A stretch of DNA of 64,000 nt from Ascidiella aspersa (GCA_963924565.1 OZ004615.1:7502001-7566000); one strand, 5' to 3'. Numbered from the stretch's first letter, positions 1 to 14,800 are shown. Numbers and translations: made by a program. The notes: generated from the letters alone by a model not told the origin.

Positions 1-3000
1 ACTCAAAAACAAGAAAATATTAAATCTGCTAAAGCGAGTCCAAAGACCACACAGGTAACCTCAGAAGAAAGTGTTACTAAATTAGCCTCAAAGCAAGTGA
101 CCGAGACTGAAACGGTACCGAAAGTGGAACCACAGGTTGATTCACTGTCACTTAAAACACACGAACAATCCGAGGTGGTTGTTGAACAGAGGATTGGAAT
201 GACAAAACGATCTCCGACCGCCAAGGAAATGACGACAGCCCTGGCTTCTCTAACCGACAATATGTCGAGAGACGAAAAAGAAGTGCCACCAAAACGTACT
301 CCCGTTATTCCCGGGGCAGAAAAGGTTACCGAAGAAGCTGTGCAGCCTAAAGACAGACGAGAGGCCAGTGTCGATGTTGAGGTTGATGACCTGCCTCCGA
401 AAGAGGTATCCCTCGATCAAAAGCAAACTACTAGAAAGGTGTCTGCGCAAACATCAACCACCGTGACCACTCAGGAAATTAAAACGACCAAACGTGTTTG
501 GAATCCAAAGACCCGGCAATTCGACGAGGTTGCAATCGAAAAGTCGACCAAAACAACTTCGGACACCAAACAGAAACCAAAGAGTGTCACAGAGATTAAG
601 GAAATCAAATCTGACGAATCACGTTTACAGGAATTACACGACGCTACAGCCTTAACGCAAACTGTAGACGAAGTTAGTGTGGAGACATCGTTCACTGACA
701 CTCCGTCTCAACCTAAAGAGTTGGAGAAGTCAAAATCGCAAATCGATATTAAGCATTCAACGCCAGAAGTAAAACTAGAACCGGAAACAAAGCATAATAT
801 TCACGTTGAAACGTCTAAACCGGTCAGTGTTTCAACTAAATCTGAAACAGAAACGGTGCCATCTGCTGAACCGAAACAAAAATCTGACGAAGAGAAGCCA
901 CGAATGACGTGGAATTCTAAAACGCGGCAATTCGAGGAGGTACTTTCCGTTGTTAAAGTTCCAACGTCGAAGGCCACCGCTCAGGAACCTGCCAAAGTAG
1001 ACATTCCAACGGTCGAGGAACCAAAACCAGCCGTGACCAAGCCGCATGCTGAACCAGAGACTGCATTCCAGAAGGTTCCGGTTGCGACCGAACCGCAAAC
1101 TGCTTTAACCGGGGACGAATATGTTCAGCCCGTGTTTCGGGATGTTAAAACCGGGAAGGTAGACAAACAGGACGTGGAAAAAATACCGATTAAGACGTCG
1201 GGCAAGTCTAAAGAATTAACACTGTTTTTAACTGACGCGTTAGTGGTTGATCAACCACAACAGGGAAAAGTTAAACAATCTGAACCCTCCCAAGCTCTTA
1301 AAGTTGCCGAAGAGCCGATTTATAAAAAGGATAGGGAGACGGTTGCAACTAGCATTGATGCACCTACTTCACCAGAGCAAACAATTCCAGCCGCTGTTTC
1401 CAAAAGCGTTAAAATTGGGGAAGTTGCAACTATTGAAGTAAAAGAAACTCATGAAAGGATATCTGGTGATGCTTTATCGCAAGAAGAAAAGAAAACCAAG
1501 AGGGTTTGGAATCCTAAAACGCGACGCTTCGATGAAGTTATAGTTGAAATCTCAACAACAACAAAAACTCAAGATTCTAAACCGAAAAAGACAGCAAAGC
1601 CTTCCCCAGCGAAAACCGAAGAAATAGCTCCAGAAACAACCAAAGCACCAAAAACTGATATTCAAGTAAAAGTGACCGAAATGCCAGAAACTGATACAAG
1701 TGTTCAGACTGAATTGGTATCGTCAACAAAACCTGGTGACGAGGAGATTATACATCCTATTACTTTGGGTGTAAAACCTACGAAAACAAAGGCCATTTAT
1801 AAAACATCCGCTGTGGAATCACTTACCGATGCAATGTCTATAAAGGGCATTCAACCGGAACCAGTTTCATTGCCAAGCGGTGTTGCTGTTACAGAAGATT
1901 TAGTTCAGCCAAAAGATAAAGATTCTGTTGATATTTCTGTCCCATATGAACCTACACCACCCGAGGAAATCCCGGTCGGTAAGTCCCGCGAAGACATTAA
2001 GATGACTGAAGAGGCTGTCGTCACTTCGGAAATTACTACCCAGAAGAAATCTGGCGCCATCGTTTCGCAGGAAGTCAAGAAAACCAAGAGGATTTGGAAT
2101 TCCAAAACTCGGCAGTTTGACGAGATTGAAATTGAAATTTCAAAGACTGTGGAAACCGCCGAAGTTAAACAACCACAAAAAGCGAAACCAAAGAAGGAAA
2201 AGAAGTCCCCAAGTGACACTGCCGCTTTGGATGTAGAACCACAGTTCGATGCGAAACCTGAAGATATCACGCAGCCTAAAATTGCAATTGATGTCGAGAT
2301 TTCATCAGTGCAAAGTGTTTCCGAGGAGGTTTCAACTAAAGTTGGTTCTGAAGAAATCATTCTCCCGGTACGTCAGCATGGCAAACAGGAAAAGTCAACG
2401 AAAACTCTGGACAAAACTTCCGCCATTAACTCTCTGACCGACGTAATGTTTGTGGAGAAAACCGAACCTAAACCGAAATTAGCCAAATCTCCAAGTAGTC
2501 CAACAGTGACCGAAGATACGGTTTTACCGAAGGATAGAGAGTCTATAGAGACTCCTGTTGACTATAAACCGACTCCACCCGAAGATATATCAGTAGCTGA
2601 GTCGCAGGCAGATGATGTTCAAGTTCCCGAGGATACGCAAATAACCAAAGATGTGACAATGCAGAAGCAACCTACTTCTGTTCTCACACAAGAAACCAAG
2701 AAAACCAAGAGGATTTGGAATCCAAAAACTCGACAGTTCGATGAGGTCAAAATTGAAATTTCAAAGACGTTGGAAACCATCGAAGTTGAACAATCAGAAG
2801 AAGCGAAATCTAAAACGAAAAAGAAGGGCCCAAGTGCTTCTGTGACTTTCGAAACCGAGCCTCAAGTCGATATCAAACCTGACGAAACAAAGACGCCAGA
2901 AATTGCAATAGATGTCGAGATTTCATCAGCGACCAGTGTTTCTGCGGTAGTTTCAACTGAATCTGGTAAGGAAGAAACTATTCGTCCAGTCCTTAAGGAT

Positions 3001-6000
3001 GGTAAATCGGAAAAGGCCACCAAAGCTGTTGATAAAACGTCGGCTATTGGCTCCCTCACCGACGTAATGTCTGTGGAGGAAATCGAACCGAAAAAGAAAT
3101 TGGCCAAATCACCAAGCTCTCCAACAGTGACTGAAAATACGGTTTTGCCAAAGGATAGAGCACCCGTTAATATTCCTACTGACTTGGAACCGACACCACC
3201 CGAGGATATATCAGTAGATAAGTCGCGGCCAGATGATGTTCACGTTACCGAGGAGACGCAAGTAACCAAACAAGTGTCAAACCAGAAGAAACCTACATCT
3301 GTTGTTACACAAGAAACCAAGAAAACCAAGTTAATTTGGAATCCGAAAACTCGACAGTTCGATGAGGTCGAAATTGAAATTCCAAAGACGTCGGAAACCA
3401 TCGAAGTTAAACAGCCACCAGAAACGAAATCTAAAAAGGAAAAGAAGGGCCCAAGTGCCTCTGTGACTTCAGAAACCGAGCCTCAAGTCGATATCAAACC
3501 TGAAGAAACAAAGACACCAGAAATTGCAATAGATGTCGAGATTTCCTCAGCGACCAGTGTTTCTGCGGTAGTTTCAACTGAATCTGGTAAGGAAGAAACT
3601 ATTCGTCCAGTCCTTAAGGATGGTAAATCGGAAAAGGCCACGAAAGCTGTTGATAAAACTTCTGCCATTGGCTCCCTTACCGACGTTATGTCTGTTGAGG
3701 AAATCCAACCGAAAAAGAAACTGACCAAATCACCAAGCGCTGTATCCGAAGACACGGTTTTGCCAATAGATAGAGCATCTGTTACCATTCCTACTGACTT
3801 TGAACCGACACCATCCGAGGATAAATCAGTAGCTAAATCACAGCCATATGATGTTCAAGTTACCGAGGAGACGCAAATAATCAAGGAAGTGACAATACAG
3901 AAGAAACCTACTTCTGTTGTTACACAAGAAACCAAGAAAACAAAGATGATTTGGAATCCTAAAACTCGTCAGTTTGATGAGGTTGAAATTGAAATTTCAA
4001 AGACCTCAGCAGCCACCGAAGATAAGAAACCACAAATAGATAAACCAAAGAAAGAAAAGAAAAGCCCTGATGTTCCCTTACTTTTAGAGACAGAGCCACA
4101 AGCTGATGCTCATACTAAAGAAACCATGGAACCCGAAATTGCAATAGATGTCGAGATTTCATCCGCGCCTAGCGTGTTTGCAACCGTATCAACTAAACCT
4201 GGTAAGGAGGAAATAATTCGCCCTGTGCTTAAGGACGGAAAACTGAAAAAGTCCTCCAAAGCTGTAGACAAAACTTCTGCTATTGGCTCCCTCGCTGACG
4301 TAATGGCTGTAGAGGAAATCGAGCCAAAACAGAAAGCAATTAAATCGCCCAGCGCCCCAATGGTGTCTGAAGACACGGTTTTGCCGAAAGATAAAGCGTC
4401 TATCGACACTGCTGCTGACTTCGAACCGACACCACCCGAGGATATATCAGTAGCTAAGTCGCAGGCAGATGATGTTCACATTACCGAGGAGACGCAAATA
4501 ACCAAGGAAGTGACAATGCAGAAGAAACCTATGTCTGTTGTTACACAAGAAACTAAGAAAACGAAGAGGATTTGGAATCCCAATACTAGACAGTTTGATG
4601 AGATTGAAATTGAAATTTCAAAGACCTCGGCAACCGCCGAAGTTAAGAAACCACAAGTAGATAAACAAAAGAAGGAAAAGAAGAGCCCTGATGTTCCCTT
4701 ACTTTTGAAGACCGAACCACAGGTTGATGCTAAATCTGAAGAAACCATGAAGCCGGAAGTTGCAATTGATGTTCAGATTTCTTCAGCGCAAAGTATTTCT
4801 GAGGCAGTTTCAACTGAATCCGGTAAAGAAGAAACTATTCATCCAGTCCTTAAGGATAGTAAATCAAAAAAGGCCACCAAAGCTGTTGATAAAACTTCTG
4901 CCATTGGCTCCCTTACCGACGTAATGTCTGTGGAGGAAACAAAGCCTGAACAGAAATTGACCAAGTTAAGCGCTACAACCGTTACCGAAGATACGGTTTT
5001 GCCAAAAGATAGAGCATCCGTTAACGTTCCTACTGACTTTGAACCAACTCCTCCAGAAGCAATATCAGTTGCTAAAGCACAGGCAGAAGTCGTTCAAGTT
5101 ACCGATGAGATGCAAATAATCAAGGAAGTGACAATGCAGAAGAAACCTACTTCTGTTATTACACAAGAAACTAAGAAAACCAAGATGATTTGGAATCCAA
5201 AAACTAGGCAGTTCGATGAAGTTGAAATTGAAATTTCAAAAACGTCAGAAACTATCGAAGTTGAAAAACCACAAGTAGCGAAATCGAAAAAGGAAAAGAA
5301 AGACACTGATATTCCGGTAATTTTAAAGACCGAACCGCAAGTTGTCGCCAGACCTGAAGATACCAAGAAACCCGAAATCACAATAGATGTCGAGATTTCG
5401 TCATCGCAAAGTGTATCTGAAGCAGTTTCAACAGAATCCGGTAAGGAAGAGACTATTCATCCAGTCATTAAGGAGGAACCGCGTAAATCCACCAAAGGAG
5501 ATGAAATCGTAAAACATAAACCAAAAGACAAAGGGGGAGCGATTTCGACCAACGCTTTATCGGTAACAAAACCTCAATCCGAGGAATTTGAATTAAAGCC
5601 ATCTACAAAGACTCCTATTGTTGACGAAGAACCAATACAATTGGAAAACAAAGATGCAGTCGAGGTTGGCATTTCAGTTCTTGTTACACCGGCATCTCCA
5701 ACCATTGCAGAGGTCAAAACGCCATCGGCGAACGAAAAAATCGAAAGCCTTTCGACAAAGCCAGACATTACAGCTGCTCCTGATTCTACCAAAGTCTTCA
5801 TTGAAACACCACATGTTCCCTCTACAGCTGACAAGAAGGTGGTCACGACTATCGATAAATCCGCAGTAAACGATCTTGTACAGGTTACAAAACCTTTGCC
5901 TGAAGAGAAAACAGCTGTTGTTGTGTCTACTGACGGAAGTGTGCTGACAAACGAAACTACAATCAGCAAAACAAGCCGTTCTGTCGTTACACAAAAAACA

Positions 6001-8866
6001 AAGAAGTCTAAACAGGTATGGAATCCCAAATCTCGCACATTTGACGAGGTGGTTTTGGAAGTTTCGTCCGAAACGTCTAAAGACGAAAAACAAATCCTTT
6101 CACTGGAAAAAGACGAAGCTAAATCGTCTCCCCCTCAGGTAAAGGAACTATCTGCCGCTCAAGCAAAACCTGACACCGTAGTTGTTGGCATAAAACCCCA
6201 AGAGGATAAAGCCTCACCCTCGCCAGCCTCTCTGTATACAGTTAAGAAAGACACGCCTTTAACTGGAACTGAAACGCGTCCTACTGTCCCTCAAGAGTTA
6301 GATGCAGATAGTACACACGACGTTGTATCTACAATAGTCACACAAACGTACTCAGATGACAAGACTCTTTCCAGCAAGGACATGCATCGGTCGACTGAGA
6401 TGGCATCAGTTACCAGCCAGGTTTCTGTTCATACAGATGCGGGTTCGGCGGTTTCGAAAACCGTCCTTAAAACCAAACGAGTGTGGAATCCAGTCGCTGG
6501 GAAGTTTTTCGAAATTACCATTGAGGAACCGGTGCAAAGCGAAGATCACGATGAGCTTGAAGCAGAGAAACAGTCGCCATTATTTGAGGAAACCTCGCTT
6601 CATGGGCTTCCGACGACAGAAATGCAACATGAAAGCAAAGAAGATACACAAAAAAGTTCAAAACTCATGACAGAGAAGCCGAAACGAAGGGTGTCTTTTA
6701 AAGAAGACTTGGTCAGTGAGGAGAGCGACGAACTAAAAGATCGTGACGTCACGGAATCGAAAATGGTAGAAAAATCCAAACAGCCAAAGCTACCGACCGC
6801 AGCCTTAGAACAAAAAGAAGTTCAAATTAAAACATCAATTCCTGGTGAACCAGATACCGCAGTTGCAAAGGGCCAATCGCGACTAGCGACGGAGGTTAAG
6901 GTTGCTGAAACCGCAACAGAGGAAATAGTCAAAGTTAAGGTACGTGAAGAGGAAGTGGCCGCCAAAGTAAAACCAGCGTTATCTGTCAAGGGTAAGACAA
7001 AAATCTTGGATTCCCTCACAGAAGTAATGACAAGCAAACCGGGCGATGATACGCCGAAAAAAATAACGGACATACCAGATGTTAAAGAGGAATCAGAAGA
7101 GAAAATTGAGCCAAAGGACAGGGCGTCTCTTGTGAGCGGCTCTAGCAGCGACGACGTAACACCGTTAAATGACGAGTTTGCTAAAACCTCTATTAAATCT
7201 CAATATGATGATGTTCAACGAACTGAAAAACCAAAGATGGTTTGGAATGCAAAGACAAGGCAATTCGATGAAGTCACCGTTAAGGTGAAAGCTGCTGAAA
7301 CTGAACCTGAGAAGACCAAGGTAAAAACATCCGGTCATGTTAAAAAGGCGACCGATGTCGACACGGCTGAAAAGGCTGTTGTAGAAACCAAGAAAGAGGT
7401 TAAAGTGGCGAAACAGCAAATAAAGGATGTGAGCCCTGATACTACTGAATCAATTATTCCATCTGATCGGAAAAATAAGGAGAGTAAAGCCGAAGTCGCT
7501 GTTACACAATTTGAAGAAGAAAGTGTTGTTTTAACGAAAAAGGAGAGCGTTCGAGAGAAAGAAACCCAACCAGATGAACTTATTGCCCCTGAAACCCTTG
7601 ATTCGACGACCGTCAGCAAATCCCAGTCCGCTGAAGTTAAAATTTCTAGCGAAAAGTCAACAGTCGAAAGTGGCCAACATGTGAAAACCACAACAAAGAA
7701 AACTAAAATGACCTGGAACCCGAAAACTCGTCGCTTTGACGAAACAACTGTGGAAGAAGAGGTTGAAATCACTCTTCCGGTTGACAAAGATGTAAGTTTG
7801 AAACCCTCAGTTTTCACAGAAGCTACTCAGCCTGATGATATTAAAGTTATGACTTCTATTGAGGACATTAAAACTAAGCCCAAGGTGGTTGAACGTAAGA
7901 AAGGTATTGTGGAAAGAACGAAATCGCCTATTGACGACGACGAAGTGTTTGAGGAACGAGTTCGCACCAAAACAGAAAAGAGCGAGGAAAAAGTAAAGCG
8001 CGTTTGGAATCCCAAAACGAGCCAATTCGATGAAGTAAAAGAGAAAGGCTTTGACATAACCGAGTCGCGAGACCAATCCAAAAAAGACTCCAAGAAAAAA
8101 TCGATTGATTCTGACGATTTACTGGAGATGGACGTTCGTGACATTCAACAACCAGTCGTTACAACCACAATAAGCGATATGAAGCAAGGAGGTTTTGACG
8201 GTTTAGGTGACAGCTTTGCCTTCAGCAGCCATTTTAGCAGCACCAGTGAGAGCTTCGTGACCACATCATCGCAGGACGGTGTCAAGCGGACTGAGACAGT
8301 CAAGAAATCGACCCGGGTCTGGAACCCACGAACTGGCAAGTTCGAGGAAACTACATCAGAAGAGCGGCATTACGAAACTGAGGACCGTCGTCAGCAGACG
8401 CCGCAAGTAACCGAGAGGGAGCGTGAAATTCAAATCGATATAGAATCTGCGCCTAGAATTTTAAAGCCCGCCGATGTTGATCGTAGCCAGCCGCATGTAA
8501 CCGATGCAGAGCGCGACATTCCAATCGATGTCGAATCTTCGCATAAGGCCTCTATTGCGCCTGACGTTTCGCAGCCTCCTCTGTTCTTGAGAAACATCCA
8601 AGGCGAGACTGTGGAAGAAGGCTCCATGGTAACATTTAGCTGCAAGATAAGCGGTTCTCCATTGCCGTCCGTGCAATGGTTCGTAAAGGGAATCGAGATC
8701 GTGGCGCCCTGCGACGGTTTCACGCTGGTGTCGGATGACGACACCGGCGTATGCAACCTCGTGGTGCAAAATGCCAGTCTCAGTCAGGACCAGAGCAAAG
8801 TGGAATGCCGCATCGCCAACAATTGCGGCTCGGCTGATTGTAGCGCTCTGCTCCGAGTTCGAAAGA
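1..8866 (+). CDS. Giant titin exon (5' truncated): low-complexity T/E/K/V/S/P-rich repeats plus one C-terminal Ig
   Basis: Frame 1 open from base 1; Ig PPLFLRNIQ..FSCKISGSPLPSVQWF..ECRIANNCG..LRV; donor GTGAGT at 8867 (phase 1). Confidence 0.9.
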
Positions 8867-11800
8867 GTGAGTTTAACCGCGACATCCATCAATTCAAACT
8901 TCGTAACATATGCCGAAAACATATCCAAAAATGTCATAAATTTGAAATCACTAAGGCATATAATTTTTATCCAACTGATTTTTTAAGTAAAATGTCAAAA
9001 AATGCCCAGAAAATAAGTTAATACTATACATATTAAAACTAACTATTTTGTATTCGATTAGTGATTAGACAATACGAAAATTATCCGCTTCCATCTATCA
9101 CTTCATTATTATATTGGTCACAAAAACACAGTCATCTGGAAATAACCATCACTTTATTAAAACTTTGTCATTAACTCCTCAAATTTATACAGAAAAATCG
9201 GCCACGAAAAAAGAAGCGGCAAAGCACTTAGAGGTGGAAAAATTAAAGGCACCTGAGATTGTTAAGCCGCTTCAAAATCAAACAGTCGTCCAAAACACCA
9301 AAGTCGTTCTCGCGTGCGAAATAAACGGCCACCCCGCGCCGCGGGTTACGTGGTTGCACAACGGCCAGCCAATGAGAGGCCGCCACGTCAGGGCCGGTTC
9401 CTCGTCGATCCAATCGGACGAGCCGAGGACTGATTCAGTCATGAAGTTGAATCTGACTCTTGGGCGAGTGACTGACAAGCAAGCCGGCGTTTTTGAATGC
9501 CGGGCCAGCAACGAGCTGGGTACAGTTTCTACAAGCGCGACTCTAGTGGTGGTGGCTGAAAATACCGCTCTTCCGCCAGGTGGCGTTGTCACATCATGAG
9601 TGTTCCATTACCTAAGCTCATGCACGCAGCCATCGCCACTACGTTAGAAATAGAGAAATATAAGAGATTTGTACCGGTGTTGTTTACTGAAAAATTACAA
9701 GATTTATTTTCACTCATACTACATCATGTGTAACTTCACCTCACTGGTAAAGAATATCCAACTTTAATTTGTTCTCTTTGTCGATTCAGGGCTCTTCGAA
9801 TCACCTTTGCAACCAGAGGAGACTGAACAAGTTGAAGAAGGTAAGACGCACAAAAAACATAATCATTTGCAATCATTTTTAGGTATACACGAGTTTGTAG
9901 TTTTACCGCTGCACGTAGGCACATTTTGTTTACGGGTTTAAGGCTGCCCCATTTGCACCTGTGGTTGATACTTTTGCTATAAACAAAATCTGCCTACTTG
10001 CAAAACATTAAAGTTATAAAAACATGTCGCCATTTCATCACCTTTTCTATTCGCTTTGCGTTCTTATTGTTTCCTTTGCTTTGACTACTCTTTTTGCGAC
10101 GCTTTTCGCTTCTTTGATATCAGTTCGGTCAAGAGCAAGAGCAATTTTACAGGGTAAGTGGGGTATCCTTTCCTTTCTTTCTATCTTTGTAAACCTAGTT
10201 GATCTACGCTAGTTATTGTTAACGGTTAGGATGTTGGTCAAATGTGTTTTACCAGTGACAGTAGGTACTTGTTGTTTGTTTACTGATATAAGAACGCATA
10301 CCAAGTTGTTTAACGTTCGGCAGGTTTTTCGATGCAACAGTATGATTCCGATAATCAGTTGCACGTAAGAAGCTCAATGACTGGCAAAGAATTCACAATA
10401 CAAAGGTCGGAGGTTAGCCGCCTGGTCGGCAACTACATTACACAGTCGGATATTGACCCAAGTCTCACGGATATGCCAATTCTGTCGAGGTGAGTTTCCT
10501 TAAAAATTTCGCCTTTAATAATCCCCTTGTGTGAAAATTGAAACCAAACAAAAAGTATACGTTCGGTAAACATTAATATTATAATATGATGTATGGCATA
10601 GTTTGACACTTTATGATTTTTGGGACACTTTTATTTTTTATTTTTTCGTTGAATGATTTAATCATAATGCATCACGCGAATTTTCAGATTAATGAACAAA
10701 AAATGAGTAATTTTAAAGGATTTCCTTACAACCCGTTTTCTACAAAGTAGTAGTTTCTTATTGAAAATCTTTTCAGCGTTTCATTAAACCTTATTGAGAT
10801 TTGACTTACAGTATCCAAAAAATGTTCGGTGTCGATTGCGTTTTACAAGTCTTGATTGTTTTACAGAACGAAGCCAATAACAGAGCTGGACGACGACCTG
10901 ATAAGACCGTCCTTTATACAAAAGCCGAAACTGCAGTCGGTTCTTACCGAAGCACACGTGAGGTTCGATTGCCGATTTGTGGCCTCGCCTCGACCCAAAG
11001 TAATCTGGCTTCATTCCGACGCTGAAATCAAGGTAAGGGGTTTAAAACTAGTCTTAAACATCGGTTATAATAAATGTTGTATGCGGCTTATGTTTTGGAT
11101 CGCTTTTGAATAGTTGAAAATGGGCAATTTATTAATCGGTTATTAAGGTCCCCATAAATCGCGAATAATATTTAATAAATTTAAAAAATATGGCTGCTGA
11201 ATCTCTGGGGTCAAAACGCCAATTTTAGGCTCATATTTGATTTCAAATTTAAAAATTAAATAAATACAAACGCCTAAGACGTTGTAAATTTTTAAGACTT
11301 TCTAATCTATCGTACAATTTAAATATTGTCTAAGCACCCACTAAAACGAATACATCTAAATTCAGTGGCCCATATTTACAAAAAACAAAACTGACTAAAA
11401 TTTTAATTCTTTTTGCAGGCGACCAATACCCGTTACAAAAGCACCCTGGAGCGAGATCTATTCTCCTACCAAGCCTTCCTTGACATTGACGGGTGCCAGT
11501 CGGACGACGCTGGCATCTACAAAGTGGTGGTGCGCAACCGTGAGGGGGAGGCCAGTGCCTCTGTCCCCCTGCTGGTAACTGACAGGGCGCGGTCCCAGGC
11601 GGACCGGGAAAGTCCCGTGGGTGCGAGTGAGCCAAGGCCAGTGTTGAAGCTTAATCTGGACTCAACTACTGAAAGCGACTCCCCTGCTAAAACAGTTTCG
11701 GCCACTGGGATCGCGATTACACCAAGACAGCCTTACTCGGCGCGGAAGTATTATGAGCGGAAAGAACGCGAAAGCAGGTCTAACAACGTTACGGATCTGA

Positions 11801-14800
11801 ACCGAACCAGCAGCTCGTCGCTTTTACGATCCGGAGACATGAACCGATCGCTCTCGTCGCTTTCATCGCTCTCGTCGGCGTCGACGGGCGGGTCGCCGCC
11901 GCGCGAGAAGATCTCGCGACAGGGCAGCGACCCCGAAGCGTTCGAGTTCGAATCAGCGCCGAGAGCGAGCCGAGTCCAGCAAACGGCCGGATACGTCCGG
12001 ACACGGGAATCGAACCAGGGACTCGCGATCGGCATTGTGCGTCAGGCCGTTTCGGACCAGCAGTCGGTCACCACCGGCTCCAACTCGCACAGCAACACCA
12101 GACATTCGGCGTGCGACAGCAGCGAGTCGTCGCGGACTTTGCGCGAATCCTGCGGCGGCAATTCAAGGACCAAAAGCCAGTGCCGCAAAATGCCGCCTGT
12201 CGTGGTCGAACCTCTGCCGGAAAACGTGCGTCTAAACGCCGGGGAGCGTCTCCGGCTTTCTTGCGTGGTCAGCGGGCGGCCACGACCAAAAGTCCTCTGG
12301 ATGCGCGACGCCGAAGACCTCCAGAGCGCTCCCGGGTACTCTTTCGAAGAGGCAGAACACGCGTCGGCCGGCTGGAGCTACCTCCTGTGTCTCGGCGAGG
12401 CTCTTCCGGAACACTCGGGAACCTACACTGTGTCCGCGTTTAACCTCTACGGCGACGTGGCGAGCCACAGCCAAATTTTGGTGGTACAAAAAGGTAGAAA
12501 ACTGTTAATATTTTTGAACATTTTTTGCTTGTTGTGAACCTACAGCTACTGCGTGATGATAAGTTTGCATGTCGGTTGATTGTACTTTTATTTGCTTCAC
12601 ATTATATGAGGGTCATAAAGTTAGTTTTCCGTCAAAAATGTCAGGCTATTACCTATTTATTAACAGTAACGCCTAAAATGGACGCAATAAATGCGTTTTC
12701 AGTTGATTAGCTTTTTTCCAGACAATAGCATACATACTGTTTAAAATAAGACATGTTCTTAGGTTAATAAATGTTATTTCATAACTTTGGGAACATATAA
12801 TAATGTTGGCATGATATGGTTTGCTTTGATTTAAAACAAGAGCATCGTGTTAAGGTTTGAACAGTTAGTCATTTCAAGTTTGAAAAACCGATCTGCTGCA
12901 GTGCATTCTCACACCACTTTAACAAACACACTATAGAGTCGCGTTAAAAGTGTTCATCTTATCCGTTTTGCTACGCTTGCTATCTATGGGCGTTTACTTA
13001 TAAGCATGGATTGTATCTGCACCCGGACTTTTCCTATTCTCACCTGTTTGCATGCGGCCTGCCGGTTCTGCAACGCAAGTCGTCGACCAGGTACGTGTGA
13101 ATGCATGTGTACTTTCGCTTGCATAAAGCACGCGCGAAGTGCTTTTCGCTGTGTGGATGAGAATTAAAATTTCATGAGTCCGCCGCCGCGTCTTGAGCAC
13201 GCCCCCATGAATTCTTAAGGGTTTATTGGTATAAAGAAACGGCACGGGTGCCAGATTGATAACAGCAGTCTGCCATAAACGTTCGCTAAGAAGCTTTTTA
13301 ACTGTATTTGAAAGTTGTAAATTTGCTTTTGTAAAACGTTCAAGGGCCGGTTTAATCGTAAAGTTGGCGAAAAATCGCTTAAAGAAAGCGTAGATCAATA
13401 CGACTTTTAACATATTAAATACGATTATGAATTTTCAAAATTTTTTGACGGTTTTGTTTGGTTTTCGAAGTGTGCATTAAAAATGGGTCTCGTATTCTTT
13501 CTTTTTGATATGTTACTTTGACATTTCGCGGTACACGCGCTTAACTGTGCTTTCTTTATTTAGTTTCAGAGCACAATTGCACTTTCGACCTCGGCGAACG
13601 GGACGAATGTCAAGTGGCATCGATCGAAGAAAGCCAAAGCAAACAAACGGCGGCCGAAACAGCAACAGCAAAAGAAGCAGAAGCAAGTCAATTGGAAGCA
13701 ACTTGCAGCGAGGTCGAAGCGACGGGCGGCCACGTCAACGCTGCTGACCTAGAAAGTTTTCTTGGCGGCGATGCTGCGACGGACAATAAAGAAAGCGCAC
13801 AACTAAGGACGACTGACGTCGATGTTGTCAGTTGCACCGAGTGCGTAGATACAGAGGCGCGCGAATACGACATGGGAAACGGCATTAGGAAGGCTTTTCG
13901 TGGCGAGCGACAACGGGAAACAGCAGATGTTTGCGGCATGGAAAATTTGAAAACATTGAACTACAATGTCGTGATTAATAACAACGAACATGGAGAAATT
14001 AAAAAGAAGGGTTTCGACTTCGGTAGCGATGCTGAAAATGGACAAGAGGCAGATGTTGACGAATTCTCTCTCGATTCCGCATTCGAAACTGGGTTTTGCG
14101 AGGCAGCGGTCGACAGCCACGAAGAAGATAGCAAGTCCGACGTAGACACTACTCAGACTAAAGTTGAACGAGCGTCGGACTTCGAAGACAGAGAAAAGAC
14201 TTCTAATCGTGTTTCCGGTGATGCTGTTCGGGAAATTAGCTTAGAGTCGACGAAGGCAACAGTAACAGGATGTGATCAACACAGTATCAAAGACAATAGC
14301 CAACGGAAAAATCCTGAAGCCGCTATTTCTCCACAAGAAGTCGAAAATGGAGACACATCCGACAAAGCGACGGTAACAGAGTCGAACGAAGCGAATGTCA
14401 AAAATGACGTCACCGAGCCCCTCCGCTTCGTGAAGGAACTTTCCCCGGTCACGGTGATGGAGGGCAACACCGTCGAGCTCGAGTGCCGTACCTCGGGTCC
14501 AGTGGACAAGGTCACTTGGTACAAGAACGCCGAGGAGATTTTCGACGGGCGCGATTGCTACTTTCTGGGTTCGAAAGACGGCTCACATAGGCTCACCATT
14601 CTCGACTCGAGGTGAGATAAACCTTTCGTAACATTGTCTCGTATACAAGGGGCCTCCAAACGTCGCTGAACCAATAGAATTAACATGCACCTTATGGCGT
14701 AGCACAGTTTGCACGGGATGTAGAATTTTAATGAAATTTAAAAGGGACCTTGTTTCAATTGTCCCCACGGTGTTAATAACTCTGCGCAGAAGAAATACAG

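Noticed and set aside
97-9021. ORF-track proteins treated as separate genes with GTG/TTG starts
   Set aside because: They are exons read through into introns; the frame is open upstream of 97 and a donor lies at 8867
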